A DNA stretch of 64,000 nucleotides, taken from IMG/VR virus record IMGVR_UViG_3300029288_000128, positions 26,152 to 90,151 of that record. The stretch is one strand, 5' to 3'. The notes under the pieces were generated by a model. It did no database searches, had not been told where the DNA came from, and was given only the letters and a program-made list of their open reading frames with translations. This document shows, one piece after another, positions 1 through 10,585 of the stretch. Position numbers and translations under genes: made by a program. Position 1 is the stretch's first letter. The number at the start of each line of letters is the position of its first letter. The stretch is from a virus. Taxonomy: Duplodnaviria > Heunggongvirae > Uroviricota > Caudoviricetes.

Positions 1-111
1 GTTGCTGTAGGAGATAAAGTCTACAGAGTTTTATTAGCATCAGCCAGCCTGTCCAAGAAAGCATTGGAAGGCAGGGGCTCGGACAGAATGATGATCACAT
101 TAAGAGATGCA
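1..111 (+). CDS. 3' end of an upstream gene (partial, product unknown)
   Basis: Frame +1 open from window edge to TAA at 109-111; no recognisable motif. Confidence 0.25.
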
Positions 112-117
112 TAATTA

Positions 118-209
118 CGAAGAGCGGCTTCCGGTGCGGGTGACCGGTTTTTCCAACCAATAATCTGTAAAGATTATCAGGTTCGAATCAATATGGGTTC
201 GACTCCCAT
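118..209 (+). other. tRNA-like element with aberrant anticodon region
   Basis: D-arm CCGG/CCGG and T-arm ATGGG-TTCGACT-CCCAT are canonical. Acceptor aagagcg/cgctcat pairs 6 of 7. About 20 extra nt lie between the arms, so it could be type II, intron-containing or a pseudo-tRNA. Confidence 0.25.
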
Positions 210-224
210 CGCTCATCTAAACAT

Positions 225-887
225 ATGAAAAAAGCACCTGGCATTGTACAATATAAAGATCTTAAAGCTTTGCAAGAGATGGTAAAAAATAAAAAGCTTG
301 AAGCTATTGCATCACAGAAAGGCAAGGCTGAATATTCTTTGACAGAAAATATACCAGGCACCATCCCGGAAAAAATGGTATACGATTATTTGACACGACT
401 GAGATTAAATTTCAATTTCCAATATCACCTAATGGAGAACGCAAAAACACAGTATACCGAAAGCAATTGGATCCCAGATTTTATTCTGCCCGATTATCAC
501 AACACATTAATCGAAGTCTACGGTACATATTGGCATCAAATGAGCAGGATTTCTGACCAAGAAAAGAAAATGTATTGGCAAACTGCGGGATATACGATAG
601 TCGAGAGAGGTATACCATTAGCGTCGCCTAGAAATAGTAATGGAGGAAAGGTTGTAATTTGGTGGGAAGAAGAGATATATAATAATCTCAGCCAATTATT
701 TACACGCGACCTGCCAGAAATTTTTACATATTATGTTTTTGGAAAACCGTCGGCCTATACATTAGATCCTATAGAACAGTTTAGAAAAACAGAGGCTATG
801 AGAAAACGGCTTCTTGTAAAAAGAATTAAACCGAAGAGAGCTGTCATGACACCTAAATATAAAAAATTTAAAATGAAATCAAAGTGA
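225..887 (+). CDS. DUF559/Vsr-like PD-(D/E)xK endonuclease-domain protein
   Basis: Motif WIPDFILPDYHNTLIEVYGTYWH resembles the PDF...IEVDG..WH core of the Vsr/DUF559 fold. Confidence 0.4.
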   Translation: MKKAPGIVQYKDLKALQEMVKNKKLEAIASQKGKAEYSLTENIPGTIPEKMVYDYLTRLRLNFNFQYHLMENAKTQYTESNWIPDFILPDYHNTLIEVYGTYWHQMSRISDQEKKMYWQTAGYTIVERGIPLASPRNSNGGKVVIWWEEEIYNNLSQLFTRDLPEIFTYYVFGKPSAYTLDPIEQFRKTEAMRKRLLVKRIKPKRAVMTPKYKKFKMKSK

Positions 888-2920
888 AACACCAAGATTA
901 TCTTAGTGAAAACTTAACGAGTGAAGACATATTCACTAATCCGCAATTTAAATTCGACACACGCGGCCGTGCAGTTTTGACTATGCCTGGGCAAGATACT
1001 CTTACTTTATCAGTAACTCCAGGGTCAAAGATCATTAGTCATGCCGCTTCCACATATACAAATAAACCGGCCACAGATCCAGCTTCAATAAGAACTGGAG
1101 CGTTGCATGCTACTACTGTTATCACTGTAGGCAATTCAATATATCTTGACGCTCCCAACAGCAGAATAACTGTAGGTGAAGATGGCGGGACACAGTGGAT
1201 AATGGATAAGAAATATCTACGCGGTGTTGATAACGAACAAACAGTCTTTGGGTTCTTTCTTACAGATGTCAGCCTAGGAGACAATAAAGAATTCAGCAAA
1301 GGCGATGTGTTGATTGGAAATTATCCAGATTCATATCTAAGATACGATTGCTCAAATAGAAGACTACTGATAGTCGGCGATGTAGCCATGGCAGGTGATG
1401 TTGTGTCAGTAAACTTCGCCACTGGAGTATCGGGCTACAAATTAGAATACGTAACCGGTAATGCAGAATTCAGCAATGTTGTAGTACGTGGTACATCGAC
1501 TATCGGCGGAACGTTAGCTTCTGCAATAGGCACAGCCATAGATAATTCAGCCCACTTAGTTACAGATATTATAAATGCCAGATTAGATAGTTCCTCTAAA
1601 GCAATCCTATCCGACTTTACATTCGGTCCTACAGATTATGCCGGTGCGCTAAAGTCAGGAAGTATCACCTGGAACACAACAACTGGTGCTATCACTGGAG
1701 GATCAGGCGTCGTAGTATACCGAAATGGTATCGTCGGTGCCAACACAGCACTTGGCGTAACTACAACGACGTTCACGCTGGACGCAACAACTGGTGCAGC
1801 AACATTCGCTGGAGCACTATCAGCTCCATCTGGCAACATAAGCAGCTGGACAATTGGTGCAGCAGAATTATCTAGTGGCAAAGTAAAATTGCAATCAACC
1901 GCAGAGCGAATTCTTTTAGGAGATGCAACTGCGCCAATGACAGGAGTCGGAATCTTTATGGGCAAAGACGGGACAGACTACGAATTCAGAGCTGGAAATC
2001 CTAGTGGAGATTATATACACTTTGATGGAACAACCCTAACGATTGTTGGCGCCATTGATATATCAAGCAAGTTAGATAAGGTCGGTGGCGATTACCAAAC
2101 TACAGCTACTGGTGCCAGACTATTAATATTCCCTGATGCTAACACTGGCATTCAAATTATAAATGCTAGCAGCGCCGATGTGTTTAAAGCTATAATCGGT
2201 GGCACAGATTCAGGCGATGTCATCTTTGGAAACTACTCAGGATCTCAGGGTATCCTATGGGATCAATCTGCCGGGACGTTGAATGTTAAAGGTAACATTA
2301 CAATGAGTAGTGGTTCAATAACCTGGGCGTCAGTAACTGGGCCAGACTATACGAACGTCCAAGGAACTAAGCCACCGGCCGGAGCAACAGTCGGTGCCAC
2401 ATGGGGCGTAAATATAGATGGTTCGAACAAGCCAGCAGATAATGCTACAGTTGGGGCAACACTCGGAACGAATGTGTCAGGAGGGAGCACATCAACAAAC
2501 TATATAAGTAATAGCGGTTACATAACAGCGATAACGGCAGACTCTATCACCACTGGTACTCTTACTGTAGGCTCATCTAATGTTGGTATATATGTAGAGA
2601 GCGGTGGTGATATAGAATTCGAAAGCACGGATAGTTCTTCTATATCAGAAATTATTTTTAATAGAGCCGGAGTGGCAAACAAAGGTTGGAATATTTGGTT
2701 CACTGGTGATGGTGGTGGTGGAATTTATAATGCAGGCGACTTGCAATTTATGCCGCAATCTAATAACGATAGCGACAGAGTTAGGTTCGGCTCAACAGGA
2801 CAATCCTGTGCAGTTGTAGTTCATGGCAGTATGAATTGCAATTATGCATATGCCACCAGAGTTTATATATCTACTAGCGGAAGATTACAAATTCCAGTTG
2901 GGTCTGATTTATATACATAA
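884..2920 (+). CDS. tail fiber protein
   Basis: 678 aa, very Gly/Thr/Ser/Ala rich with repetitive beta-type segments (TGTLTVGSSNVG, GGGGIYNAG), typical of phage fibers. Confidence 0.5.
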   Translation: MKHQDYLSENLTSEDIFTNPQFKFDTRGRAVLTMPGQDTLTLSVTPGSKIISHAASTYTNKPATDPASIRTGALHATTVITVGNSIYLDAPNSRITVGEDGGTQWIMDKKYLRGVDNEQTVFGFFLTDVSLGDNKEFSKGDVLIGNYPDSYLRYDCSNRRLLIVGDVAMAGDVVSVNFATGVSGYKLEYVTGNAEFSNVVVRGTSTIGGTLASAIGTAIDNSAHLVTDIINARLDSSSKAILSDFTFGPTDYAGALKSGSITWNTTTGAITGGSGVVVYRNGIVGANTALGVTTTTFTLDATTGAATFAGALSAPSGNISSWTIGAAELSSGKVKLQSTAERILLGDATAPMTGVGIFMGKDGTDYEFRAGNPSGDYIHFDGTTLTIVGAIDISSKLDKVGGDYQTTATGARLLIFPDANTGIQIINASSADVFKAIIGGTDSGDVIFGNYSGSQGILWDQSAGTLNVKGNITMSSGSITWASVTGPDYTNVQGTKPPAGATVGATWGVNIDGSNKPADNATVGATLGTNVSGGSTSTNYISNSGYITAITADSITTGTLTVGSSNVGIYVESGGDIEFESTDSSSISEIIFNRAGVANKGWNIWFTGDGGGGIYNAGDLQFMPQSNNDSDRVRFGSTGQSCAVVVHGSMNCNYAYATRVYISTSGRLQIPVGSDLYT

Positions 2921-2923
2921 CAT

Positions 2924-3778
2924 ATGTCATCAGCAACACACTATGCAGCAAAAAGCATGACGAATACATCCACCGGAGTAAGCATGACTTGGTGGAGAAC
3001 AAACTTTAACATGCCAGTTCCAATGACATGGACATCTGGAAGCATGTCTTATGGAAGCACCGCTACATCATTCGATCTGTCAGGCTTTGTCCCAGGACTA
3101 GAAATATGCGTTGGAATTTTGCATAACATATCTGCAGATGTAGCATCGCCAGGGACAGTATATGTCCACACAGGTTGGTATAATCCATCTGGCACAGAGA
3201 TTTTCTCGATCTTTGATAGTTCGTTTTATGCTAGTAGCCCAGGTACATGGTCATATTCTAGTGATAGTATAGCGGCAGCCAACATAGGAGTATGCAGTTG
3301 GGAAATCGGATCATCAGGAAATTATTCTATAAGAACTTATATAACAGGAGCATGCACGCACACAGAAACAACAACTATTGCGTTCAATAATGTTCCAGAT
3401 GTTACACAGTTAGGGACTTCAGCGCGAGGCATGGTGTGGGTTGACGGTAATTATTTGGCTCTAGTAAACTATCATCAGTGGCAACACAGAATTTTAGGAA
3501 TGGATGTATCAAACCCAGGCGCATCTTCTGGCCATTTTTGGATGGATAGTAACAGTGATTTGTATTTTATAAGTAGCGATGGACATAAGAGATGTACACC
3601 ATGGAAAATAAAACAGTTCAAATCAGAATGGTCCAATAGCGCGACTGAATCAAAATATGCTGGCACAGATAAAGCTGGGACTATATGGATGGACGCGGCA
3701 TATGGCTATACACATATAGGGTATATAGGGTATGATGGATATAAGTATCTAGCAGGTGCAGGAGATTATCCTTACTAA
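2924..3778 (+). CDS. tail fiber-associated / distal fiber protein
   Basis: 284 aa, Ser/Thr/Gly/Tyr rich, adjacent to the fiber gene. Confidence 0.35.
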   Translation: MSSATHYAAKSMTNTSTGVSMTWWRTNFNMPVPMTWTSGSMSYGSTATSFDLSGFVPGLEICVGILHNISADVASPGTVYVHTGWYNPSGTEIFSIFDSSFYASSPGTWSYSSDSIAAANIGVCSWEIGSSGNYSIRTYITGACTHTETTTIAFNNVPDVTQLGTSARGMVWVDGNYLALVNYHQWQHRILGMDVSNPGASSGHFWMDSNSDLYFISSDGHKRCTPWKIKQFKSEWSNSATESKYAGTDKAGTIWMDAAYGYTHIGYIGYDGYKYLAGAGDYPY

Positions 3779-3982
3779 TTATTAATTTACTATATGGATA
3801 TACACAAAAGAGAATTGTCGAAGCCAATGCTTGATGCTCCAGAAGTAATGTTATGCAATAACAAGATTACTAAAAAAATTACATTGCACCACCAGGATGG
3901 TAGAACGATCAAGCAGAAAGATTTGAAGAAAGACAAACATGGTTTCTTTCGTTTAAAAAATAATAAATTAACATAGACCACA

Positions 3983-4306
3983 ATGGCTAAACAAATAATT
4001 GGTTTAAGCAAAACCATAACAACCTTAAGTGGAGCGGAAGTTCTTATACAAGAAGGACTGCCTCTCACAATAAAGGACGCTATCGTAACGATTTGTGAAA
4101 TGACTAAGTCACAAATCCCGGGAGAAACTCTTAAAGCTTACGCGATAGGAGCTAAGATCTACACATCGAAAGATTATGTAGATTTGTCAGAAGAAGAAAT
4201 GGCTAATCTTAGAAAATTAATTAACGAATCTAATGTCTTTGTCGCGACTGTCATTGGTAGGTTGATCGAAGTGATCGACTCTGCCAAAGAAGTCAAAGAT
4301 AAATAA
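3983..4306 (+). CDS. hypothetical protein
   Basis: ORF with ATG start, no motif. Confidence 0.3.
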   Translation: MAKQIIGLSKTITTLSGAEVLIQEGLPLTIKDAIVTICEMTKSQIPGETLKAYAIGAKIYTSKDYVDLSEEEMANLRKLINESNVFVATVIGRLIEVIDSAKEVKDK

Positions 4307-4320
4307 GACCACACAAACGT

Positions 4321-4686
4321 ATGCCTAATAACGGCCCAATAGATTTAGAGACACAAGCCAATGGTGTCCCAGCAGTATCTGGCAGGGAAATAGATAACCC
4401 TGATAATAATCCAGCAGATACGATCATGCCAGTTGTAGAAAAGCAGATGCCTGCTTATTCTAAGGATATGCCAGACTTGGAAGCAAAGTTAAAATTTATT
4501 CCAGTTGAAATGCATGATAGAGTACGCAAACTTACAAGAGATGATCTTGCAAGTCCTGGTATGCCAGTTGATAGAGAAGCTTATAATGCTTTCTTATATG
4601 CTGAGAAAATGATGAGAGATCAAGCGAGACGCGCCAACAAGGGAAACCTTTCTGGTAACGAAGGACCTAATTCTTTCAGTGCTTAA
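4321..4686 (+). CDS. hypothetical protein
   Basis: ORF, no motif. Confidence 0.3.
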   Translation: MPNNGPIDLETQANGVPAVSGREIDNPDNNPADTIMPVVEKQMPAYSKDMPDLEAKLKFIPVEMHDRVRKLTRDDLASPGMPVDREAYNAFLYAEKMMRDQARRANKGNLSGNEGPNSFSA

Positions 4687-4709
4687 TAAATAAGGCCACC
4701 GAAAAACAT

Positions 4710-5531
4710 ATGGCAATACCATTCAAAATTTCTACAATGGGAAACCAGGACACACGCAATGTGTTCAGAATTGTATTTTCGGAAGCTTTAGCATTGCCTC
4801 CGAAGATTGAAGCATGGGATAACTCTCAAGAGTTCCCGGCTAGAGATTCATATGGGGCAACAACATCAAAACAAATATTCTCCGGGACTACTGGTAATGG
4901 AAATATCCCGATGCTTTATGCAGTAGCCACTACCAGTAGCGCCCCAGGAGCAGAATGGAAACCTACATCGGCTACGGCCGGAGGTGCTGTTAAGAATAGA
5001 CTGAAAGGAACTACGAATTATGTCATAGATCCAACTACACCAAGAGCTGGCGAATATATTTTAGTTAATATTGGCCTAGAAGTACCGTACGACTCAGCCT
5101 TAACAGCTGGAGCCATGGATCATATCATACAAACAAGGTACTTCTTTTCAGGCGCTATACCGACAGTAACGTTCTATGGGAATAGCGGGACAGAATCAGC
5201 GCCTAGTTGGACAAGGATAACCCCTCCAACACATGGCATGCAGTTCTGCGATCTATCAGTAGAAGGAAACTATTATCTAACACTTCCAGAGGAAGGTGTA
5301 TCAGATGCTCAAGTAATATGGGTAACATCAAGAGAAACATACGACGAAACGTTCTCGTGCAATGCCAATCTTAAAAGCACAGAAGCCGGAACGATGAGTG
5401 CTGATTCAAAAATTCTTAAAACAATCTCAAGTTCAATGAAAGGAGATGCTTATTTAGATCTTAAAATACCATTCACTGGTGACGCCTGTTTAAGATTAAC
5501 GCATTTTCATGGAGATGCGAGATTGTTATAA
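4710..5531 (+). CDS. hypothetical structural protein
   Basis: 273 aa, sits in the tail module. Confidence 0.3.
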   Translation: MAIPFKISTMGNQDTRNVFRIVFSEALALPPKIEAWDNSQEFPARDSYGATTSKQIFSGTTGNGNIPMLYAVATTSSAPGAEWKPTSATAGGAVKNRLKGTTNYVIDPTTPRAGEYILVNIGLEVPYDSALTAGAMDHIIQTRYFFSGAIPTVTFYGNSGTESAPSWTRITPPTHGMQFCDLSVEGNYYLTLPEEGVSDAQVIWVTSRETYDETFSCNANLKSTEAGTMSADSKILKTISSSMKGDAYLDLKIPFTGDACLRLTHFHGDARLL

Positions 5532-5880
5532 CATTATGTATATAATAGAAATAGCAAAAGATACCAAGGCCTACGATTCTTGGAATGAAGTGCCCGATGT
5601 GAAGTTGTCTTCACTCGTGCTTCTTTCTCCTGACAAGAATAGCAATATAAAACTTGAAGGATTTGCCAAATATGTTTGTATGAAAGAAGCTTTGGCTACT
5701 GTTGGCGGTTTTAAATTGATGGCCAATATTTGCTATGCTATGTTTGATGACATGTCAATAAAATATAGGATAACCAATGACAACATAGAGGCCACACTTA
5801 TAAAAACCAACAAGGTTCTTAACGATATTATATCAACCACGCTAATCAGATCTGGCGAAGAACGTGATTTTATGATATAA
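5509..5880 (+). CDS. hypothetical protein
   Basis: ORF; probable true start at internal Met MYIIEIAK. Confidence 0.25.
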   Translation: MEMRDCYNIMYIIEIAKDTKAYDSWNEVPDVKLSSLVLLSPDKNSNIKLEGFAKYVCMKEALATVGGFKLMANICYAMFDDMSIKYRITNDNIEATLIKTNKVLNDIISTTLIRSGEERDFMI

Positions 5881-5894
5881 TATAAGTAAGATAT

Positions 5895-6128
5895 GTGGAT
5901 ATAATTATTAATTACAAACATATGATCAAAGCAAGATTCAAAGGCAACGAAAATACTAGCGGATATATAACAGAAACGTTTAACGCCATGACAGGCAATA
6001 CAGTTTCAATGCCGGATAAAGTTTGGGAAGACATCAAAGCCAAAGGCGATGATATTCTTTTTGACAATGTACAGTCAAGTGATGGGGACTTCCCAGAACA
6101 AAAGACTGTTTACATTCCAAAGAAATAG
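5895..6128 (+). CDS. hypothetical protein
   Basis: ORF. Confidence 0.25.
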   Translation: MDIIINYKHMIKARFKGNENTSGYITETFNAMTGNTVSMPDKVWEDIKAKGDDILFDNVQSSDGDFPEQKTVYIPKK

Positions 6129-6151
6129 TTTAATTAATTAAAATAAAATGT

Positions 6152-6664
6152 ATGGCAAGTCCAGCAGATGTCAATTTAATCTGTAACTACGGAGCGGGTG
6201 AAACCGAAACCGCAATTACAGGTGCTGGTATTGATTTCATCACTGCCGACAATTGTACTAACACTAGCGGAAATAGGACCACAAATCCTATAACCATTCC
6301 TAGTACAGCTACAAACGCTTACTCTTACGAGAAGTGGTTGAAGTTCCAAGTTGGTACAACTGAACCTGATACTCAGGTCACGAACTTTAAGTTCTGGGGC
6401 GGTGGCGCAGCGATTGATAGCGGAAACGTTATCGATTACTACAAGACAACCAATACCTACGTAGAGCCAGCTTTGGGTACAAGAACTGATGGTTACACCG
6501 CAGTTACTGCAGCCACAGCCGGTGCCAAGGCCGATATTGCCGGAACCTTGAACACTTCAGGCGAATCGTCAAGCTACATAGTGATGTTGCTAGAAGTTAA
6601 TTCATTGGCTTCACAAGGTAATATGGACCAACAAACGTACAATTATAGTTACGACGAAAATTGA
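6152..6664 (+). CDS. hypothetical structural protein (Thr/Gly-rich)
   Basis: 170 aa with a T/G/A-rich composition like neighbouring fiber genes. Confidence 0.3.
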   Translation: MASPADVNLICNYGAGETETAITGAGIDFITADNCTNTSGNRTTNPITIPSTATNAYSYEKWLKFQVGTTEPDTQVTNFKFWGGGAAIDSGNVIDYYKTTNTYVEPALGTRTDGYTAVTAATAGAKADIAGTLNTSGESSSYIVMLLEVNSLASQGNMDQQTYNYSYDEN

Positions 6665-6730
6665 TCATCAGTAGTTGACAATAACTAGACAATATGATAA
6701 GATTATTATATAATTCTTAACATAAAATCT

Positions 6731-7276
6731 ATGTCAATTACCCCTCAATTTTTATCATGGCTCGCTGGCTTCATCGATGGCGATGGCTCAATCCATATTG
6801 GAGTCAGGATACAAAATGCAAATGGTAATGATTACATTGCCATTCGCCCAGTTCTTAACATCACGCAGCATATTAAATACGAATGGGTTTGCGATTATAT
6901 CAAAAATACACTTGGGAAAGGACAAGTATATATCGCTAACCGTAGCAATGCTAGTGCAAAAGCTACTTGGCAAACTCTTAGAGCGCAAGAAATTGTAGAT
7001 ATTCTTAAAGAGTTATTGCCGTATCTCGTAGTTAAAAAGTCGCAAGCAGAAGTAGTTATACCAGTACTTGAATCGTGGATAGCGGAATCTAACATAGTTA
7101 AATTCAATATGGAAGCTAAACTAGCTGGTAAAAAACTTAGAAAGAGAAAGACCGTTATGGATATTATAGCGGTAGCGACATCAATAAATGCTGATATGAG
7201 AACATCCGCAGCAAAACGCGGATATAAAACTCTTGATGATTGGGAACCTATAGTTAATAAATTGTATCCACGCTAA
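6731..7276 (+). CDS. free-standing LAGLIDADG homing endonuclease
   Basis: N-terminal motif LAGFIDGDGS, 181 aa; no flanking exon evidence. Confidence 0.65.
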   Translation: MSITPQFLSWLAGFIDGDGSIHIGVRIQNANGNDYIAIRPVLNITQHIKYEWVCDYIKNTLGKGQVYIANRSNASAKATWQTLRAQEIVDILKELLPYLVVKKSQAEVVIPVLESWIAESNIVKFNMEAKLAGKKLRKRKTVMDIIAVATSINADMRTSAAKRGYKTLDDWEPIVNKLYPR

Positions 7277-7354
7277 CGACGAAGTCGGCGGGACGACGAA
7301 AATTAGAGCTAACATTAGTTAAATGTTTGACAATTAAATTACTACTAACTGGAT

Positions 7355-7852
7355 GTGCCCAGTTCCCTTAGGGGATTTAATAGACCACCTATGAAATTAC
7401 AAGAATACTTTACTTGGCAGATAGTTCTTAAAGATGGCACTATAATTGACCAATCAAAGTCGGGAGAGGAAGAGACTTTCAAGTTCAATGATGCCAATAA
7501 GAACTTTAAGAACATCAAGAAATTTATCTTGATTCCACAAGATAGAAATCTAAACAAGATAACAATGGAATTGCCGGAAGACTCAAGACTGATTTACTTT
7601 AGAAGAACAATAGCCAATACCGGCAACATGTTCCCTAAATTCCAAATCAACATGATCGGATGGCAAAAGACTGTAGGCAAAGTAAACGTCAAAGTTATAA
7701 TGTATGTCTTCCCTGATGGCACCACAGAGATAAGAGAAGACGATGAACCATTATACACACAGACTTTTATAGCAGCCTTGCCACAAATTTCAGCTGATGA
7801 AGTCAAGAGTTGCACCGGTTGCAAACCTAGACTTGAGAAAGCAAAAGAATAA
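7355..7852 (+). CDS. hypothetical protein
   Basis: ORF; likely ATG start at 7391 (MKLQEYF). Confidence 0.3.
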   Translation: MPSSLRGFNRPPMKLQEYFTWQIVLKDGTIIDQSKSGEEETFKFNDANKNFKNIKKFILIPQDRNLNKITMELPEDSRLIYFRRTIANTGNMFPKFQINMIGWQKTVGKVNVKVIMYVFPDGTTEIREDDEPLYTQTFIAALPQISADEVKSCTGCKPRLEKAKE

Positions 7853-7853
7853 T

Positions 7854-8597
7854 ATGGCAGAAATGAAACTTAAAAATATTAGTGCCAAAGAGATAGACAA
7901 AATGCCATCAGTGTTTATCGCTATTCCCAATATGGGAAAGATCCAAACCGATTTAATGCTACGCGTTATACAATGGATCTTCGGCTCTAAGTCAATACTA
8001 TTCCCGCCACAAAACTTTTCGCCAATAAGCGTTGCGCGAAATAAATGCGTTGAAGAATTCCTAAAGCAAGGATATGATTATATCTTTTTTGTAGACTCCG
8101 ATACTGTCCCGCCTCCAGACGCCTTAGCTAAACTTCTTTCACATAGAAAGAAATTGATATCAGGAGTCACTTGCAATTTGAAACTATGCTCAGACGGCAT
8201 ACTCCGTCCAGCACCAATGGTTTTCAAATATGCTAATCCGAAGAAAAAGGATGAAGGGTTCCTACCGATACTGAAACATGATGGAGTTGATGAGATCGTC
8301 GCTTGTGGAATGAGCTGTTGCTTGATTCACAAAGACGTATTCAAAGGAATGAAAGATCCATGGTTTGAAGAACGTCCATATGAAAAGTATGGCAAGAAAC
8401 CATTAGGAGAAGACTTCGACTTCTGCGAAAAGGTTATAAAAAAAGGAATAAAAATGTATGCAGACTTCAGCGTTAAGTGCTCACATCATAAGGTGGTTAA
8501 GATAGACTACCCCAACCAGGTAGATGTCGTACCGGCCTATGACGTCAGCGGGGATATCGCAAAAATAAATAAGAAAAATAAAAAACAAATTGAATAA
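7854..8597 (+). CDS. glycosyltransferase-like protein (GT-A fold, DxD)
   Basis: FVDSDTVPPPDALAKL is a DxD motif; paralogous to the 33271-33897 product (IPNMGKIQTDLMLRVIQW vs IPTVDGRVNAELMLTLIKW). Confidence 0.45.
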   Translation: MAEMKLKNISAKEIDKMPSVFIAIPNMGKIQTDLMLRVIQWIFGSKSILFPPQNFSPISVARNKCVEEFLKQGYDYIFFVDSDTVPPPDALAKLLSHRKKLISGVTCNLKLCSDGILRPAPMVFKYANPKKKDEGFLPILKHDGVDEIVACGMSCCLIHKDVFKGMKDPWFEERPYEKYGKKPLGEDFDFCEKVIKKGIKMYADFSVKCSHHKVVKIDYPNQVDVVPAYDVSGDIAKINKKNKKQIE

Positions 8598-8711
8598 CAC
8601 CAATCCAATGGAACATAAGTCGCAATTCAATGCGCAAAAAACAAAAAGACTCTTACTTGGATTGGGTACAAACTAAGTGAGAGCCTTTTTATTTAAACTT
8701 TAATTAATATT

Positions 8712-9425
8712 ATGTCCCATCCTTATTCAAACATAGTACATCTAGCTACGGGAGCAGCATCGGCGAAGAGAACTCTATGCGGTAACAGCAAGAAGTCGCT
8801 TATCACTGCGACAAAAGATTGCTACATCGAATTCAATGTCGATTCCACATCCGCTGCCAAAGGTTACTATATAAAGGCAGGAGAACAATATGTCTTCGAC
8901 ATTATGTATCCTACCAAGATCGCTGCTATCCAGTCATCCGAAGCTGGCTCTGTTTCTATTATGGAGTTCGGAGACAAAGTTATAATTATTACCGAGAAAG
9001 CCACGTTTGTTAGTGATGCTAATCTTCAAGGACCAGTAGTAACTACTGTTTTTTCTGGGGATACATATTTCCATAAGGAATATTCAGCTACATACAATGG
9101 TGATGCTAGTATTAAAAAGACTGTACAACCTCAATTCTACGGTAATGCCAACTTGAAAGATGTTAGCATCTCAACAACCTTTAATGGTAACGCAAGCGCA
9201 TTGAAAGTCATAGAAAGTACATTTGCAGGAGACTCACGCTTTGCCGTGACGTATGCAGATACTTATACTGGTGACTGTGTCTTGATGACTGTGTATGCAG
9301 CTACAATGACTGGCGATGCCAATCTTGTTGGCGAAGAACAAGCCACATTCAAAGGCGATGCCAATCTTCTTGATGACAAGAACGTTGGAACATTCCAAGC
9401 AGACGCAGTCTTAATCACATACTAA
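8712..9425 (+). CDS. repeat protein (about 10 tandem 13-14 aa TxxGDAxL units)
   Basis: Repeats such as TFKGDANLL, TMTGDANLV, TYTGDCVLM; paralog of the 14247-14723 product. Confidence 0.4.
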   Translation: MSHPYSNIVHLATGAASAKRTLCGNSKKSLITATKDCYIEFNVDSTSAAKGYYIKAGEQYVFDIMYPTKIAAIQSSEAGSVSIMEFGDKVIIITEKATFVSDANLQGPVVTTVFSGDTYFHKEYSATYNGDASIKKTVQPQFYGNANLKDVSISTTFNGNASALKVIESTFAGDSRFAVTYADTYTGDCVLMTVYAATMTGDANLVGEEQATFKGDANLLDDKNVGTFQADAVLITY

Positions 9426-9426
9426 T

Positions 9427-10470
9427 ATGAATTTCTTAGACATCTTCAAAAAGAAACCCGTGTTTGGTACTGGCGCTTTGCCAGATCCTACTGATCTTCG
9501 TGACTATAGTTATGATGATATAGTTGGAATTGGAGAACCAGTTGACTGGAACAAAGGTTATGATGTCGAAAAAGAATTGAATATTAAAATTCCTTTTAAA
9601 TCACAAGGAGTTAGTGCAAGTTGTGTAGGTCAAGGAGTGTCTTATTATACAGCAATATTGAATGCTGTAGAAACGAAAGCTTATGATGAAGTATCAGCCA
9701 AAGCAATTTATTCTCTTATAGAACTAGGCCTCGCCCAGGGTGGGGCCTACATAAGAGATGGCATGAAACTTATAGTTGACTATGGAGCTCTGTTTGAAAA
9801 GATAATCTCAAGTTATAACAATGGCGAACCACCATCAGAGGCTTTCATGAAAGATAAGACGTGGAAAAATCCAGCTATGGATCTTCTAGCCAAGATCTTA
9901 CAAGCCAAAGAGTACAGAGTAATCAACAGTATAGATAGTATGGAAGCTTTTGCCATGGCTATACGTGATAACTACGGTATAGTAGGTGGAGTCAGCGGAG
10001 AAAACAACGGCACCTGGTCAACTAACGAACCAAAGGCAGGCAAGCATGTCTGGGGACATTGTTTGTACTGGGGTAAATTTGGTACAGATGAACTTGGGAG
10101 ATACATAGCCTCTCCTAATAGCTGGGGAACTCGCGGATCTAATGACAGGTTACATCCAGATGGATGGCAAAAGTTCAGAGAAGATTGGTTCAGAAATAAT
10201 AACATGTTCAATCCATGGACATTAGTAGATAAATCTAATGTGATTGTAACAAGTGCAGAAGCTCAAGCTGTAGCTAAAAGATTTGAAAAGAAAATTATTA
10301 TAGAAGGCGAAGGACATGGACGGGTTGGTATTATCGTTGATGGCAAACTTAAAGAAGTATTGCCGGAACGTAAAGATGATGCTGCTATTTATGTTCTAGC
10401 CAACAATGGTCTTGGAACGACTGTTAAAACAAAAACGTTTGACGAGATTCCAAAAGATTCTAACTTCTAA
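9427..10470 (+). CDS. papain-like (C1 family-like) cysteine peptidase
   Basis: QGVSASCVGQG aligns with the papain Cys25 region; HVWGHC...NSWGTRGS matches the His and NSWG motifs. Confidence 0.45.
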   Translation: MNFLDIFKKKPVFGTGALPDPTDLRDYSYDDIVGIGEPVDWNKGYDVEKELNIKIPFKSQGVSASCVGQGVSYYTAILNAVETKAYDEVSAKAIYSLIELGLAQGGAYIRDGMKLIVDYGALFEKIISSYNNGEPPSEAFMKDKTWKNPAMDLLAKILQAKEYRVINSIDSMEAFAMAIRDNYGIVGGVSGENNGTWSTNEPKAGKHVWGHCLYWGKFGTDELGRYIASPNSWGTRGSNDRLHPDGWQKFREDWFRNNNMFNPWTLVDKSNVIVTSAEAQAVAKRFEKKIIIEGEGHGRVGIIVDGKLKEVLPERKDDAAIYVLANNGLGTTVKTKTFDEIPKDSNF

Positions 10471-10585
10471 ACATATGAAAACAATGTGTTGTTTAGCTTT
10501 ATATCTATTTGCGATCATTGGCATGTTGTTCTCTTCATGTGTATTGTTATCTGTGATCGAATCTTATTTTAAATAAAACAAAAAT

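Noticed and set aside
1039-2703. Antisense ORFs inside the fibre gene (1039-1299, 1636-1965, 2518-2703) and inside the portal and terminase genes (42302-43456 and 44755-47182 on the plus strand)
   Set aside because: They are embedded within much longer, motif-supported genes on the other strand and carry no motifs of their own.
6731-7276. Possibility that this LAGLIDADG gene marks an intron within a split host gene
   Set aside because: The flanking ORFs (6152-6664 and 7355-7852) show no continuity or shared motif. It is treated as free-standing.
8600-8665. A 9-bp long-range stem (CCAATCCAA/TTGGATTGG) after the glycosyltransferase gene, as a possible terminator
   Set aside because: It has a 48-nt loop and no downstream T tract, so it is not a convincing intrinsic terminator.
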